A stretch of 64,000 nucleotides of DNA from Minisyncoccota bacterium (GCA_028695015.1 JAQVJR010000001.1:180498-244497), one strand, 5' to 3'. Shown: positions 9,608 to 20,239, counted from the stretch's first letter. Made by a program: numbers and translations. Notes: generated by a model from the sequence alone, not told the origin.

Positions 9608-11738
9608 CTTCTTGACTTTGTTTTACAAAAACTTCTCGCGGTTTTGCTCCATCAACAGGACCAATAATCCCATTTTCTTCTAAAACATCTAAAAGACGTG
9701 CTGCCCTAGCATAACCAATTCTTAATCTCCTTTGCAGCAATGAAGCTGAGGCTTTTCCTGCCTTAACAACTATTTCATATGCCTCAGGATACAACTCATC
9801 TTCTTCTATGTTACTCCACTGATCCAAATCTATTTCCTTAAAAGACGAAGGTGTTTTTACAAATTCCTCTAAATCACCTGCTAATCCATTTTCTTCTGTT
9901 TCCATTTGCTTGCTTGATTCTTTAATAAATCCAATTAATTTACTCACTTCTTGTTCTGAAACATATGGGCTTTGTACTCGAATTGGCTTGGATGAATCAG
10001 GAGCCAAATAAAGCATATCTCCACTGCCTAATAATTTTTCTGCACCACCCATATCTAAAATGGTCCTAGAATCAACTTGAGAAGCTACTTGAAAAGCAAT
10101 ACGTGTAGTAATATTTGCTTTTATCAAACCAGTTATTACTTCAACTGAAGGTCTTTGAGTAGATAAAACTAAATGAATTCCAGTTGCCCGAGCCATCTGA
10201 GCAATCCTAATAATCAAAGCTTCTAAATCACGACCATAACTAACCATTAAATCTGCTAATTCATCTATAAATATCACCATATATGGCAAAGTTGATTCTT
10301 TTTGAGCAATTGCCTTAGAATTAAATCTCTCTATATCCCGCACTTTATAATCAGCTAATAAAGCATATCTTTTCTCCATTTCATTTACCACCCAGCGAAG
10401 AACTGGTAGAACTTTTTTATTATCAGTAATTACTGGCGTAATTAAATGACTGATATCATTATAAGAAGATAGCTCAACTCTTTTAGGATCTATTAAAACC
10501 AGCCTTAAGGTTTCTGGAGAATTCTTAAAAAGAAAAGAAGAAAGAATGCTATGAATACAAACAGACTTTCCAGCTCCAGTGGCTCCAGCAATCAATAGAT
10601 GAGGCATTTTACTTAAATCAGCTAATAAAGGCTCTCCTTTTACATTTCTACCTAAGATAAATGACAAAGGGTCAGCTGTTTTTTGAAAATCAGTTTCTTT
10701 AAATAAACTTCCTAATCTAACTAGAGATATTGATTTATTAGGCACCTCAATGCCCACCAAAGATCTGCCAGGAATTGGGGCTTCTATTCTTAAAGGATGA
10801 GCTGCTAAGGCTAAGGCCAAGTCATTTTGAAGTGTAGTAATATTTGAAAGCTTTACTCCTTCAACTGGCTTTAAAGTATATTGAGTCACTGTTGGCCCTA
10901 CATTAACCTCTCCCATTTCAACTTCTATACCAAAACTTTGAAGAGTTCTTTTTATGATATTAGCATTTATCTTAATATCGCCAACTCTTGGCTGAGTATA
11001 TTCAGTATCTAAAAGAGATAAGGAAGGAAACTTGTATTTGCCTTTTAACTTTAATGGACTAATAACAGCTTTTTCCTCTTTTATTTTTACAGGCTCTTTA
11101 ATTTCTTCTTTAAGTTTTTCTTGTTTTTGAGCTTCTTTATTTAAAACTTCAGCTTCAAAAATTGCTGCTTCTTCAGCTTTAGAAAGTGCAGGGGATAAAG
11201 TCGCTTCTGGTTCTTTTTCTCTTTTTTGAAAAAACTTAAGAGGGATGTTTAATATTAACAAAAACCCAGAAACCAAAACTGCTAAATAGATAATCAAAGT
11301 AGCCCAAGGTCCTAAAAAGCGCTCTAAAGAACCACCAAATAAACCAATTAAACCTCCTTTTTCTTTTAAGAAAACTTCTGAGATAGATAACAAAGATAAA
11401 AGAATGAGGAAACAACCTAAAAAAGTAAAAAAATTCAAATTAATTTTTTTTGTTAAAGAGCGTAAATAATTAATAGCAATGATAATCAATAAACCTGGAA
11501 GAATAAAATAACCCCAACCTAAAAGATAATCTAAAACCTTAAAAATATTTTTCCCAAAAGGACCAGCTAAATCAAAAGCACTTAATAACAATATTAAAGA
11601 AATGGCTAAAAAAAGAACAGCTAAAAGACTGTTTTTTACCTCAGTATCTAAAGTTTCTTCTGGGATAATTCTTCTAAAGAAATTTTTTCCAGAATTTAAA
11701 AAATTAATCTTTAAATCCTTTCTTTTTTTTCTAGCCAT
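9588..11738 (-). CDS. ftsK: DNA translocase FtsK/SpoIIIE
   Basis: N-terminal TM segments, Walker A IAGATGAGKS, gamma domain LLQRRLRIGYARAARLLD. Confidence 0.9.
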   Translation of the reverse strand: MARKKRKDLKINFLNSGKNFFRRIIPEETLDTEVKNSLLAVLFLAISLILLLSAFDLAGPFGKNIFKVLDYLLGWGYFILPGLLIIIAINYLRSLTKKINLNFFTFLGCFLILLSLLSISEVFLKEKGGLIGLFGGSLERFLGPWATLIIYLAVLVSGFLLILNIPLKFFQKREKEPEATLSPALSKAEEAAIFEAEVLNKEAQKQEKLKEEIKEPVKIKEEKAVISPLKLKGKYKFPSLSLLDTEYTQPRVGDIKINANIIKRTLQSFGIEVEMGEVNVGPTVTQYTLKPVEGVKLSNITTLQNDLALALAAHPLRIEAPIPGRSLVGIEVPNKSISLVRLGSLFKETDFQKTADPLSFILGRNVKGEPLLADLSKMPHLLIAGATGAGKSVCIHSILSSFLFKNSPETLRLVLIDPKRVELSSYNDISHLITPVITDNKKVLPVLRWVVNEMEKRYALLADYKVRDIERFNSKAIAQKESTLPYMVIFIDELADLMVSYGRDLEALIIRIAQMARATGIHLVLSTQRPSVEVITGLIKANITTRIAFQVASQVDSRTILDMGGAEKLLGSGDMLYLAPDSSKPIRVQSPYVSEQEVSKLIGFIKESSKQMETEENGLAGDLEEFVKTPSSFKEIDLDQWSNIEEDELYPEAYEIVVKAGKASASLLQRRLRIGYARAARLLDVLEENGIIGPVDGAKPREVFVKQSQEDDYGRE

Positions 11739-11817
11739 TTTATTAAATCACACTAGGTATTTTAACATAAAAAGGGGCTTTAATAAACCCCCGTTTTAAA
11801 ACCTTCTTTTTTAAATT

Positions 11818-12300
11818 TTAGGTATATCTATCTGCCACTTTAGTTGCTCCATATGATTCAGGCTTGGTTTTAACCTGAAAACCATAACCCCTTACCATAC
11901 CAATAATTTCTTGAAGCATATCTCTAGTGGCTCCTTTACTGCCAATATCAACATGAACTTCAAAATCAAAAACAATATCTTTGTTTTGTGACAAATTTAA
12001 TAAAACTTCTCCAGCTAATTTTAAAGACATCATCACTTCTTGATAGATTCTTGCCCTTAAACTATCTATCTTTTTCTGATTGAGTCGTCGCCAAAAAAAC
12101 CTTCCTCCATGTCCTTCTCGATAAACTACAATTGCGCTTACAAAATCTGTGGTGCCATGATTAGCAGAATCAGTACCAATAACAATCTTGTATTTCTCTT
12201 GAGGTTCTTCTTTAATATAAAAAAGCACTTCTTTTAAAAGTTCTTTATAAGTAAAAGTTTTCCCACTAGGAGAATGAAATTGTTTATCAATATTTTTCAT
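11818..12300 (-). CDS. Hypothetical protein, possibly DUF458/YkuK-like RNase H-fold
   Basis: 160 aa with an IGTDS motif; assignment is from memory and weak. Confidence 0.3.
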   Translation of the reverse strand: MKNIDKQFHSPSGKTFTYKELLKEVLFYIKEEPQEKYKIVIGTDSANHGTTDFVSAIVVYREGHGGRFFWRRLNQKKIDSLRARIYQEVMMSLKLAGEVLLNLSQNKDIVFDFEVHVDIGSKGATRDMLQEIIGMVRGYGFQVKTKPESYGATKVADRYT

Positions 12301-12308
12301 TAACTAAC

Positions 12309-12509
12309 TTAGTAATTCATAAAAGGAAGCAATCCAGCCACTCGAGCTCTTTTAACTGCTTTCTTTAATAAACGTTGATGTTTAGCACATAGATTAGTTT
12401 TTCTTCTAGGAAGAATCTTCATCTGGCTTGAGATAAAACGTTTTAAGGATTCAACATCTTTATAATCTATTTCTTTTTTATTCTGAAGACAGAAATAACA
12501 TTGATTCAT
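12309..12509 (-). CDS. rpsR: 30S ribosomal protein S18
   Basis: CYFC...IDYKD...[35 protein letters not shown]. Confidence 0.85.
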   Translation of the reverse strand: MNQCYFCLQNKKEIDYKDVESLKRFISSQMKILPRRKTNLCAKHQRLLKKAVKRARVAGLLPFMNY

Positions 12510-12526
12510 AAACTTTAAAATTAATA

Positions 12527-14011
12527 TTACTGTTTAGCCACACTTTTAAGATAAGAAATATCTTGTGCATATCTATCAGCAATAGCTAAGACACTATCAC
12601 CATAAAAACGATATTTTGTATTTGTACTTCCAGAGAAATAAATCATTGCTGCTCTCCATTCTGCATCTCTTGTTTGTTGTGTTGCTCCCCATTTAGCAAG
12701 ATACAAACCAGCAGCAACAAAAGCATCTTTAATGTCCCAAGGATTTGCTGGATAATTACCTGTAATACTAGAAACTTGGTCTTTGTATGACATCCAAGTT
12801 GAAGGGATGAACTGCGCTGGTCCCATTGCTCCACCCCAACCCATTTGTTGTCCTCCTTGATACATTGGGCAAGATACAGGAGTTGTATCAGGATCTATTC
12901 CTAATTCTTGGCAAATTTTCAAAAATGGTGCTTGATCTCTATCAGGCTTCATTACCTCACGCCAGCTTTTATATGCTGGGTCTCCAGCACGATTACAAGT
13001 GCCAACATTTTGCCCTAAATTAGATTCCTGAGTTAATACAGCCAAGAGCAAAGCTGGTCTCACGCCAAGGCGACTACTAACCCAATTAGCTATGTCTAAA
13101 GCCTCGCCAAAAGTAACTTGAGTTTTAACTCCTAGCAATTGATAAATTCTGCCTTTAATTTCTGTAGCTTTTTGTCTAGATTCAGCTAACATTTGCTGAT
13201 ATCTTTGTTCATTGCCTTTGGTTACTTCTAATAAATTACCTTGTTCTTTTCTTGTTTTTTCCAAGTCTTGTTGTTGAAGCATTTGCATTGCTAATAATAA
13301 CTGCGTTTCTTCCTTGTTGCTTGTTAATTCTTGACTCTGGTTATTTAAAGTAACTCTTAATTCCCCTAATTCTTTAATATTCTCTAAAATCTTTTCTTGA
13401 ATACTATGCAAGGCATTTGAATAATCAAAAAACTCACTAATTGTTTCTGAGCCAAGTAATATTTCTACTAGGGAAGTTTGGTCTAATTGAGAATAAGTTT
13501 GAAGCAAATTAGATAAATTATTCTTAGTGGTATTGATTTTATCATTTGTCTGAACAATTGAAGTTGTTGTTTCATCAATCCTAACATTAAGATATTCCAA
13601 ATTAAGATTAGTAGACTTAATTTGTAAATTAATTTTATCTGCTCTGTTCTTTAACTCATTAATCTTATTTTGTAAAGCAGCTTTTTCCTGCTGAGTTGTA
13701 GCTACCAATCCCTCATATTGTGCAATTTCTTTTTCCACTGCTTCTAACTCTTTTTGTAGCCTTGCCCTTTCTTCATCATTAGAAGCAATTGCTTCTCGAG
13801 ACTGAAAGAAAATAGGCGCCATTACATTATTTTGAATAACAGAAGTTAAAAGAAAAAATAAAACTATAAAAGAAATCGTCTTTTGTTGAATTATTTTTTT
13901 ATTCCAAGAAGAAAAACAAAAAGTATTCTTCTTTTTTTCTACAATCTTATTTGCCTTGCCTAAAGAAGAAATATCTCTGACTTTTTTTCTAGTAATTGAT
14001 TTGATATGCAT
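12527..14011 (-). CDS. Membrane-anchored coiled-coil protein with C-terminal SLT-type lytic transglycosylase domain (start likely MHIKS at 14011)
   Basis: TM segment [13 protein letters not shown]; long coiled coil ([17 protein letters not shown]...); SLT-like motifs [13 protein letters not shown] and [10 protein letters not shown]...AGLYLAKW. Confidence 0.6.
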   Translation of the reverse strand: MHIKSITRKKVRDISSLGKANKIVEKKKNTFCFSSWNKKIIQQKTISFIVLFFLLTSVIQNNVMAPIFFQSREAIASNDEERARLQKELEAVEKEIAQYEGLVATTQQEKAALQNKINELKNRADKINLQIKSTNLNLEYLNVRIDETTTSIVQTNDKINTTKNNLSNLLQTYSQLDQTSLVEILLGSETISEFFDYSNALHSIQEKILENIKELGELRVTLNNQSQELTSNKEETQLLLAMQMLQQQDLEKTRKEQGNLLEVTKGNEQRYQQMLAESRQKATEIKGRIYQLLGVKTQVTFGEALDIANWVSSRLGVRPALLLAVLTQESNLGQNVGTCNRAGDPAYKSWREVMKPDRDQAPFLKICQELGIDPDTTPVSCPMYQGGQQMGWGGAMGPAQFIPSTWMSYKDQVSSITGNYPANPWDIKDAFVAAGLYLAKWGATQQTRDAEWRAAMIYFSGSTNTKYRFYGDSVLAIADRYAQDISYLKSVAKQ

Positions 14012-14021
14012 TAGAATAAAA

Positions 14022-14729
14022 TTAATCTTTTTTTTCCTCTTGCTGCTCTTCTTCCTCGCTTTCTTCTTTCTTTTCTTCTTCTTTATCAACTTTTTCAGCC
14101 TCACCTTCTACCTCAACATCTTCTACTGTCTTAGCTTCTCCTAACTCTTTCTCTAATTCTTCTTCTGAGATAGGCTCACTAATACTAGCTATTGGCGTCT
14201 CTTCATCCACTAACACTTTAACCTCTGAAGGAAATTTAATATCTTTAATATAGATTGTCTGATTAAAATCAATTAATTTAGAAATATCAACTGGAATTTC
14301 ATGAGGCAAATCTTTTGGTAATGCTTCTACTTCTATTTCATTCATTGATTTAACTAAAATTCCACCTTTAGCAATTGCTGGAGATTCACCAAAGAAATTT
14401 ACTGGAACATGAGCTTTTATTAACTTATCCATCTCCACTTCATAAAAATCAATATGTATTGGTTGACCATTTAAAAAATGATAACTTACATCTTGCACTA
14501 AAACATTTCTTACTTGTTTCTTGCCTTGTTCTTCAAATTCTAAATCTATAATGTTTGTATCTCCTGATTTTTTATAAATTGTATGAAAATCCTGCGCCTT
14601 GATTTCTAAGGGATAACTTTCTATTTTTTTACCATAAAGAATGGCTGGAATTAATCCTTTTTTCCTTAAGTTTTTATTTTTTTTGCCAAAAATATTTCTT
14701 TTTTCAGCTTTTAAAATTAGTTTTTCCAT
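14022..14729 (-). CDS. rplY: 50S ribosomal protein L25/Ctc with acidic C-terminal tail
   Basis: KAEKRNIFGKKNKNLRKKGLIPAILYGK (L25 N-terminus); Glu-rich tail. Confidence 0.8.
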   Translation of the reverse strand: MEKLILKAEKRNIFGKKNKNLRKKGLIPAILYGKKIESYPLEIKAQDFHTIYKKSGDTNIIDLEFEEQGKKQVRNVLVQDVSYHFLNGQPIHIDFYEVEMDKLIKAHVPVNFFGESPAIAKGGILVKSMNEIEVEALPKDLPHEIPVDISKLIDFNQTIYIKDIKFPSEVKVLVDEETPIASISEPISEEELEKELGEAKTVEDVEVEGEAEKVDKEEEKKEESEEEEQQEEKKD

Positions 14730-14772
14730 GTTATTCCTGCTTATTGTAGCGAAAAATCATCTAAAAAGCAAA

Positions 14773-15426
14773 TTAATTACTTTCTGAATCTGCTAAGATA
14801 TTTTGAAAATACATAATTCTTTCTAAGGGATCTTTATCTTTAAAAATAGCTGACCCAATAGCTACAAAATCCACTCCAGATTTTTTCACCTCTCTTATAT
14901 TTTCTTCATTAATACCTCCGTCTATCTCACATCTAATATGCGGAAGCTTAGATTTAATTTTTTTTATTCTATCTAATACAAACCACTGAAATTTTTGCCC
15001 TGAAGGCCCAGGCGAAACTCCTAGAATTGTTACAAAATTAATCTTACTTAAATACTGATCAAGGTTTTCAAAAGGAGTTTCTGGATTAATAGCTATCCCT
15101 AACTCAGTTTCTTTCTCCTTACACAAACTTAAAAGTAAATCAAAATCTTTTATAGCCTCAAGATGAATTATTACTCTCTTAGGAGCTACTTCTAACCAAT
15201 AGGGAAGTACTAATTCTGGATTATGAACCATTAAGTGAAGTTCAAATTTCTTTTCTATTTTCTTAATTTTTTTTAAAACTTCTGGACTATTCCATGTTTT
15301 CCAAGCTGTAAATTTACCATCAGCAATGTCAATTTGAAACAAACCATCAAGCTCTTGAAGTAAACGGATTCTTTCCTTTAACTTCTGAATTGTTTTTGTA
15401 TTAATAACTGGAATAAGATTAGCCAT
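14773..15426 (-). CDS. rpe: Ribulose-phosphate 3-epimerase
   Basis: DIADGKF, HLMVHNPE, VSPGPSGQKF, EIDGGIN, GSAIF motifs. Confidence 0.8.
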   Translation of the reverse strand: MANLIPVINTKTIQKLKERIRLLQELDGLFQIDIADGKFTAWKTWNSPEVLKKIKKIEKKFELHLMVHNPELVLPYWLEVAPKRVIIHLEAIKDFDLLLSLCKEKETELGIAINPETPFENLDQYLSKINFVTILGVSPGPSGQKFQWFVLDRIKKIKSKLPHIRCEIDGGINEENIREVKKSGVDFVAIGSAIFKDKDPLERIMYFQNILADSESN

Positions 15427-15449
15427 AATAATAAAACAATAAATTTATT

Positions 15450-15890
15450 TTATTTAGGTAATTCATTAATTTTTTTAATTCTTCTTAAGTAGCGAGGCTC
15501 TTGTTTAAAATTAGCTTTAAGCCATTGAGAAACAATTAATTTAGCCTTTGCTGGTTCTGTAGAATCAGCAGCTAAACATAAAATATTAATATCTATAGCT
15601 TTTTTAGCTTCTTTTGCTATTAAATCAGAAAGGCAAAGACCTGCTCTAATACCTTTAAACTTATTAGCCACAATACTCATCCCGATCCCAGAGCCACAAA
15701 TTAAAATTCCCTGATTCTTCTTGCCCTCAGAAACTTTTAAAGCAACCTTAATTGCAAAATCAGGATAATCATCTTCTAAGTCATATTTTGAATTTCCTAA
15801 ATCAACAAATTCTATTTTCTCTTTATTCAAGAAATCTTTAATTTCTTCTTTCAGATAAAAACCTCGATGATCTGCTCCTAAATATAGCAT
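15450..15890 (-). CDS. rpiB: Ribose-5-phosphate isomerase B (start likely MLYLG at 15890)
   Basis: LYLGADHRGFYLK...DYPDFA...GILICGSGIGMSIVANKFKGIRAGLC. Confidence 0.8.
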   Translation of the reverse strand: MLYLGADHRGFYLKEEIKDFLNKEKIEFVDLGNSKYDLEDDYPDFAIKVALKVSEGKKNQGILICGSGIGMSIVANKFKGIRAGLCLSDLIAKEAKKAIDINILCLAADSTEPAKAKLIVSQWLKANFKQEPRYLRRIKKINELPK

Positions 15891-15891
15891 G

Positions 15892-16902
15892 TTATGATTT
15901 TTTAATCTGCTGTAATAAAGTTGAAGAATAGGCCCATTCATTATCATACCAAATAAGAATTTTTACTAAATCTTTATCAATTACTTTAGTAAAACTCAAA
16001 TCTATAATTGCCGGTACTAAAGTTCCAATTATATCAGAGGAAACTACTGACTGTTCTGTTGCTTCAACAATTCCCTGCCATTTTTTTTCTTTTATTGCTT
16101 GTTTTAAAACCTCATTAATTTCTTCTACTGAAGTTGGTTTTTTAGAAACAAAAGTAATATCAGCAATTGAACCACAAATTACAGGCACTCTTAAGGCAAT
16201 GCCATCAAATTTATCTTTAAGATTTTTTATGACCTTAGTTACGCATTTAGCTGCTCCAGTAGTTGAAGGTATTATATTCTGACCAGCTGCCCTTCCTCGA
16301 CGCCAGTCTTTTAAATCAGGACCATCAACAGAACGTTGAGAAGAAGTATAAGCATGAACCGTATTCAAAACAGCTTTTTTAATACCAATAGTTTCTTCTA
16401 ATATCTGAATAACTGGTGCAACCGCATTAGTGGTGCAAGAACCATTAGAGATTACATCAAATTTTGTAAAATCTTCATCATTAATACCTAAAAGCACTGT
16501 TCTCCCTTCTTGTTCTTCTCCTTGCCCAGCTGGAGCAGTAATAATAACTTTTTTAGCCCCAGCTTTAATATGAGCTTGGGCTTTAGAATAATCAGTAAAA
16601 ACACCAGTTGCCTCTATAACCACATCTATTCTTAATTCTTTCCAAGGAAGGTTTTTGGGATCTTTTTCCTGAAAAAATGCAATGTTTTTATCTTCTACTT
16701 TTAATTTTCCTTTTGTTCCTTCAAAAACAGGTATCACTTCTTTATCATATCTTCCATAAACAGTATCATGTTTTAAAAGATAAGTTAGGTTTTCTATTTC
16801 TGCCAAATCATTAATAGCAACAATTTCTATCATTGGGTCTTCAAAAGCTAAACGAAAAAAAGATCTTCCAATCCTGCCAAAACCATTAATTGCAATACGC
16901 AT
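15892..16902 (-). CDS. gap: Glyceraldehyde-3-phosphate dehydrogenase
   Basis: MRIAINGFGRIGR; SCTTNAVAP active-site region. Confidence 0.9.
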   Translation of the reverse strand: MRIAINGFGRIGRSFFRLAFEDPMIEIVAINDLAEIENLTYLLKHDTVYGRYDKEVIPVFEGTKGKLKVEDKNIAFFQEKDPKNLPWKELRIDVVIEATGVFTDYSKAQAHIKAGAKKVIITAPAGQGEEQEGRTVLLGINDEDFTKFDVISNGSCTTNAVAPVIQILEETIGIKKAVLNTVHAYTSSQRSVDGPDLKDWRRGRAAGQNIIPSTTGAAKCVTKVIKNLKDKFDGIALRVPVICGSIADITFVSKKPTSVEEINEVLKQAIKEKKWQGIVEATEQSVVSSDIIGTLVPAIIDLSFTKVIDKDLVKILIWYDNEWAYSSTLLQQIKKS

Positions 16903-16917
16903 ATTTTTAAATAAAAA

Positions 16918-17451
16918 TTAATTTTTTAATAACTCAATAATTGTTTCTCCAAACTTTTTAGCTGCTTCAGGTCCATTAGCTGTAACAATTTGTCCACTAA
17001 CCACTATTGGTTCATCTTTGTACATCGCCCCTTTTTCTTTTAAAATTTCAATATATTCTTTATTTAAAGCTGATGACCAAACTGTTGCTTCTTTGTCTTT
17101 AAGAACCCCTGCTTTAGCCAAAAGAGCTGGAGCAACACAAATTGCCGTTATTAATTTATTTTCTTTATGAAAATCTTTTGCTAAATTCTGAAACATTTCA
17201 TTATCTAATTTTTCAGCCATTCCAGAGCCTCCACAAAAAACTACTGCTTCATATTTTGCTACCTGGACATCTTTAACTATTAAATCAACAACCGCTTCAC
17301 CACCTAAAACACCTTTGGCTATTCCTTTTTCTAGACTTGTTGTCTCTGTTTCAAAACCTGCCTGTTCAAATATCTCTTTAGGGATAAAATATTCTTCATC
17401 CCGAAAATCATCAAAAGAAACTACCATTAAAATTTTCTTTTTTTCTTTCAT
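16918..17451 (-). CDS. DJ-1/PfpI family protein
   Basis: Class I glutamine amidotransferase-like fold with nucleophile elbow AICVAPALL. Confidence 0.6.
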   Translation of the reverse strand: MKEKKKILMVVSFDDFRDEEYFIPKEIFEQAGFETETTSLEKGIAKGVLGGEAVVDLIVKDVQVAKYEAVVFCGGSGMAEKLDNEMFQNLAKDFHKENKLITAICVAPALLAKAGVLKDKEATVWSSALNKEYIEILKEKGAMYKDEPIVVSGQIVTANGPEAAKKFGETIIELLKN

Positions 17452-17626
17452 TGTTTCTAGTAATTTTTTTAAAAGATTCTTTATTTAAAAGATTTTCTGA
17501 ATTTTTCTTAAATACTCTAGGAGTAAAAGAAAGATTCTACATAATTAATCTCCTAATTACAAAATCAAAATTACAAGATAATAAGATTTTCTTATCATCT
17601 ACCTAATTATAACATAAACAAGCTAG

Positions 17627-17660
17627 CCTTCAAAAACAGCGCTTTATCCAGCGCTGTTTT
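17627..17660 (-). terminator. Rho-independent terminator hairpin (aacagcgct...agcgctgtt + T-run)
   Basis: Perfect 9-bp inverted repeat with T-runs on both sides, just downstream of the 17668 gene. Confidence 0.5.
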
Positions 17661-17667
17661 CTTAATT

Positions 17668-17907
17668 TTATGATTCATTAAGTGCCAGTATTTCTTCTAT
17701 TAATGGCTTATTGAAACCAATAATAACCTTATCTCCCATTTCTATCACTGGAACTCCTGTTTGACCGCTTTTCTCTATCATTAACTGAGCAGCTTTTTCA
17801 TCAAGACTAACATCTATATCCTCAAAAGGCATATCTAGTGACTTGAAAAAATCTTTCGCAGCAACACACCAAGGACAATTTGGGGTTGAATAAATTTTAA
17901 TCGTCAT
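17668..17907 (-). CDS. Glutaredoxin-like protein (CPWC active site)
   Basis: IKIYSTPNCPWCVAAKDF...GVPVIEMGDKVIIGF (thioredoxin fold with cis-Pro loop). Confidence 0.7.
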   Translation of the reverse strand: MTIKIYSTPNCPWCVAAKDFFKSLDMPFEDIDVSLDEKAAQLMIEKSGQTGVPVIEMGDKVIIGFNKPLIEEILALNES

Positions 17908-17912
17908 GTTTT

Positions 17913-18878
17913 TTATTCACAATTAGCATTACCTCCTATTAAATCCAAGTCTTCATAAGAAGGAGAAAATCCTGCTGCTGCTTGTTCTTCTGTTAATACT
18001 TGAGAGCAAAACTCTGGTGCTGTATTAAAACCACAACAGATTACTGTTTTTACCGCTTCTGCTGTTCGGCCACCAAAATCAAATTCACTAACATTCTCTT
18101 CATTAAGAATCAATGTTGGTGAACCAGTCACCTCATATTTATCTTGATCGTCAAAATCTCCTTGAGCATATTTTATTCCTTTAAATTCATCTTGCATACA
18201 TTGTTCTAAAGCATTAGTATCTACAGAAGCTGACACTAAGCATTCTTGTGCTTCACCTTCTTTCAGAAAACAATCAATATACTGCCAATATTTATCTTTT
18301 TGTTCATCCCTAATACAAATCTGTCTTAAATTTTCTTCAGCTTCTTCATCTCCATGCATGGCTGCAATTTGCCCATTTTGAATTTCTCCCATATAAGCAA
18401 CCTTAATATAATTACTTAATTCAGGAATATTTTTTACTATTTCATTTAAAATTCTCAACATTTGAGTACCAAATGGACAATAGCTAACAACAAAAGCTTT
18501 TAAAACCGGTTGTTCTTTTTTACTTAAATCTTCACAAGTCTGAGCCACCTCTTGTTCTTCTTCTTGCATTGTAATTCCTTCAGGGAAAAGAATTTTTCCA
18601 TCTTTAGTTACAAAAGAATCATATTCTATATCATCAATCTTCATTTTGAATTTATAAACTCCGCTTTCTTCGACAACAGAAACTAAAGTTGCTCCGCCTT
18701 CTTCTTCTGTTAGTCCAAAAAAATTAAAGTTGATATAATCAACAGCTTTTTGTGCTAAGGTTTCTGCCTTTTTGTTATTAAATAACTTAGCTGAAATCCC
18801 ATTTTTACTGCCATAGCCAACTAAAAAAGCAACTACCATTAAAATGATTAAGAGAAAAGAAATATTTATTTTCTTCAT
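17913..18878 (-). CDS. Secreted or membrane-anchored DsbA-like thioredoxin-fold protein, CPFG variant motif
   Basis: Signal anchor; AFVVSYCPFGTQ; DsbA-like cis-Pro region EVTGSPTLILNEENV; Cys-rich C-terminus. Confidence 0.4.
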   Translation of the reverse strand: MKKINISFLLIILMVVAFLVGYGSKNGISAKLFNNKKAETLAQKAVDYINFNFFGLTEEEGGATLVSVVEESGVYKFKMKIDDIEYDSFVTKDGKILFPEGITMQEEEQEVAQTCEDLSKKEQPVLKAFVVSYCPFGTQMLRILNEIVKNIPELSNYIKVAYMGEIQNGQIAAMHGDEEAEENLRQICIRDEQKDKYWQYIDCFLKEGEAQECLVSASVDTNALEQCMQDEFKGIKYAQGDFDDQDKYEVTGSPTLILNEENVSEFDFGGRTAEAVKTVICCGFNTAPEFCSQVLTEEQAAAGFSPSYEDLDLIGGNANCE

Positions 18879-18957
18879 ATTTTTATTATTGATTTGTTAT
18901 TTATTTTATTTAACTCATTCAAGATAAAGTCAATGAAAAAAGCTTATCAAATTTTTC

Positions 18958-20217
18958 TTACTTCCACAAGACAAAGTAATAATTCTTCTTACCTTTCTTG
19001 ATTATCAAATATTTATTATAAAAAGAATCTTCTTGCCTAATTATCATTTCACTGTCTTTCCAAACTTTGTCATTAATAAATATTATTCCATTTTTAACAT
19101 CTTCCCTTGCCTGTCTTTTTGAAGAACAAACCTGAGCCTTAACTAAAAGTTCAATTAAATTAATGTTCTTAATTTCTTCAATTACTGTTAAGGGAATATT
19201 TTTAAATATCATTTCCAACTCTTTTTGAGAAAAATTCTTAAAATCATTATAAAATAATTTTTGAGAAATCGTTTCTGCCATTAAAGACATTTCTTTCCCA
19301 TGAACTAAAGCGGTAACCTCTTTAGCTAAAGCTTTTTGTGGCTCTCTTTTTTCTGGATTTTTTTGAAAACTTTTTTCTAGATCATCAATTTCCTCTTTAG
19401 ATAAAAAGGTAAAATATTTTAAAAATTGCACCACATCTCTATCATCAGTATTTACCCAAAATTGATAAAACTGATAGGGAGATGTTTTCTGGCCATCTAA
19501 CCAAATAGTACCTGCTTCTGTTTTTCCAAATTTTTCTCCACTAGCTTTAGAAACCAAGGGTACAGTTAATCCAAAAACCTCTTTTTCTTCTTTTTTCCGT
19601 ATTAAATCTATTCCTGCAGTAATATTGCCCCATTGATCACTACCTCCTATTTGCATCTGACAATTGTATTTTTTAAACAAACATAAAAAATCATAAGCTT
19701 GTAAAACCATATAATTGAATTCTGTAAAAGAAATCCCGCTTTCTAATCGCATCTTTACTGCATCCTTAGCTAACATATAAGAAACAGTAAAATATTTACC
19801 AATATCTCTTAGAAAATCTATGGTTTTTATCTTAGCTAACCAATTATAATTATCATCTATCAAAGCTGGATTATCTTTTTTCTTAAAATCTATTAATCCT
19901 TCTATTTGTTTTTTAAATAAAGAACCCCATTTCTTAACTGTTTTTTCAGGATTTAAAATTCTTTCATCTTTTTTTCCACTTGGATCACCAATTAAACCAG
20001 TGCCACCGCCTATTAAAACAATTATTTGATGTCCTGCTTCTTGAAATCTTTTTAAAGTCAATAAAGGCACTAAATTCCCAACTTGGAGGCTATCTGCTGT
20101 TGGATCAAATCCACAATATAAAACAAGTCGCCCTTTTTTAAGCGCTTTCTTTAATTCTTCTAAATTACTAACTTGATAGACTAATCCCCTATATTGTAAA
20201 TCATCTAAAATATCCAT
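18958..20217 (-). CDS. tyrS: Tyrosine--tRNA ligase
   Basis: Class I HIGH-like region CGFDPTADSLQVGNL; KMSKS-like KFGKTE; C-terminal S4-like domain. Confidence 0.9.
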   Translation of the reverse strand: MDILDDLQYRGLVYQVSNLEELKKALKKGRLVLYCGFDPTADSLQVGNLVPLLTLKRFQEAGHQIIVLIGGGTGLIGDPSGKKDERILNPEKTVKKWGSLFKKQIEGLIDFKKKDNPALIDDNYNWLAKIKTIDFLRDIGKYFTVSYMLAKDAVKMRLESGISFTEFNYMVLQAYDFLCLFKKYNCQMQIGGSDQWGNITAGIDLIRKKEEKEVFGLTVPLVSKASGEKFGKTEAGTIWLDGQKTSPYQFYQFWVNTDDRDVVQFLKYFTFLSKEEIDDLEKSFQKNPEKREPQKALAKEVTALVHGKEMSLMAETISQKLFYNDFKNFSQKELEMIFKNIPLTVIEEIKNINLIELLVKAQVCSSKRQAREDVKNGIIFINDKVWKDSEMIIRQEDSFYNKYLIIKKGKKNYYFVLWK

Positions 20218-20239
20218 CTTTTCATTATATTACTACATC

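Noticed and set aside
14012-14104. Poly-Lys N-terminal extension of track ORF 12527..14104 (and similar upstream extensions of rpsB, recA, rpiB, rpsP, tig, ksgA ORFs)
   Set aside because: Extensions overlap the preceding gene or are A-rich read-through; conserved N-termini begin at internal Met codons.
11602-14144. ORFs 11602..11799 (+), 12643..12834 (-), 12826..13023 (+), 13956..14144 (+)
   Set aside because: Embedded in or antisense to ftsK, the SLT protein and rplY; no motifs; hydrophobic low-complexity translations.
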